Below are positions 31,402-32,000 of a stretch of DNA of 32,000 bases, piece after piece. The stretch comes from Caedibacter taeniospiralis. Its GTDB lineage: Bacteria; Pseudomonadota; Gammaproteobacteria; Francisellales; Francisellaceae. The notes under the pieces were generated by a model. The model saw nothing but the letters and a program-made list of their open reading frames with translations, ran no database searches and was not told the DNA's origin. The stretch spans positions 30,210 through 62,209 of the forward strand of contig NZ_PGGB02000003.1 in the NCBI RefSeq assembly GCF_002803295.2. Reading direction: 5' to 3'. The position numbers were made by a program, and so were the translations under genes. Each line of letters begins with the position of its first letter. The stretch's first letter is position 1.

Positions 31402-32000
31402 ATTTGCCTGCCTTGAAAACACTCTGGATAACGCTGAACCCAGCTATTACTTTAGTCAACCAAAAGAGAAAGTGCTGTGCATTAACCCTGATATGATTAA
31501 TGACGCACTCACGCGCCTTTGGTCGCTACAACAGCAAGGCTTATACCTTGTAGGCTTTGTGAGCTATGAAACCGCCTATTATGTAAACCCTGACTTTTTC
31601 TCCCTGCAAAACCATGAACCCATTACCCATGATTCAGGGACTCCACTGATCCATTTTATCGCCTTTGAAAAATGCTCAATACAGAAACCCTCGGTTGATA
31701 CAAATAAATCTACTATTTCTAAACCTGTCATTAACCTTATTTCTGATCCTCTGACCCAGGAACAATACGCTGCGGATTTTTCCGTGTTAAAACAGGCACT
31801 TATTGATGGTGAGAGTTACCAAATCAACTATACCAAACGCATTCAGCTGCGATCAGATCTTGATAGCCTATCCCTGTATAATGAACTCAAAAAACAACAA
31901 CCTGTAAGCTATAGCGCCTTTTTACCTTTTTCGCCCATGCAGGTGTTATCTTTCTCACCCGAGTTATTTTTCCATAAAAAAGGAGATTGCATTACCGTTA
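31385..32000 (+). CDS. pabB: Aminodeoxychorismate synthase component I-like (PabB family) chorismate-binding protein, partial (continues beyond window)
   Basis: Manual translation MNHLPEFACLENTLDNAEPSYYFSQPKEKVLC...LYLVGFVSYETAYYVNPDF...LTQEQYAADFSVLKQALIDGESYQINYTKRIQLR...YSAFLPFSPMQVLSFSPELFF. Overlaps the ligase 3' end by 17 nt. Confidence 0.85.
   Translation, partial: MNHLPEFACLENTLDNAEPSYYFSQPKEKVLCINPDMINDALTRLWSLQQQGLYLVGFVSYETAYYVNPDFFSLQNHEPITHDSGTPLIHFIAFEKCSIQKPSVDTNKSTISKPVINLISDPLTQEQYAADFSVLKQALIDGESYQINYTKRIQLRSDLDSLSLYNELKKQQPVSYSAFLPFSPMQVLSFSPELFFHKKGDCITV

Noticed and set aside
1-32000. CRISPR arrays, transposases, phage structural genes, rRNA or tRNA
   Set aside because: I looked for regularly spaced repeats, DDE/tyrosine transposase motifs and tRNA cloverleaf signatures; none was apparent by eye apart from the tRNA-like part of tmRNA.

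Overview
This 32 kb window looks like an ordinary chromosomal segment of a moderately AT-rich gammaproteobacterium, possibly Legionellales-like (inferred from gene content and order, not tested). Core blocks are: a partial response regulator; pgi, pgl and zwf; ppa; a TauE/SafE-family permease; kdsC-lptC-lptA plus a DUF3301-like gene; an aldehyde dehydrogenase; a TrhO-type rhodanese; a Bcr/CflA-type MFS transporter; yebC; a second MFS transporter; a complete tmRNA gene (ssrA); and a tkt-gap-pgk-pyk-fba carbon-metabolism cluster. The right edge carries an AMP-binding ligase overlapping the start of a PabB-like chorismate-binding enzyme. Non-core content: (1) a two-gene AAA_21-type ATPase + DUF4276/Toprim-like pair placed between yebC and ruvC and joined to ruvC-ruvA-tag by successive ATGA overlaps, the best candidate for a defence or DNA-processing module; (2) a parA-parB-glutamine amidotransferase-SGNH hydrolase operon; (3) a 117 bp nested palindrome between pgk and gap; (4) an intergenic region with a 20-codon ORF behind a good ribosome-binding site and a 16 bp perfect hairpin; (5) a tmRNA proteolysis tag with the unusual ending ARKAA; (6) the ligase/pabB-like pair. 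No CRISPR array, rRNA, tRNA or transposase was seen.
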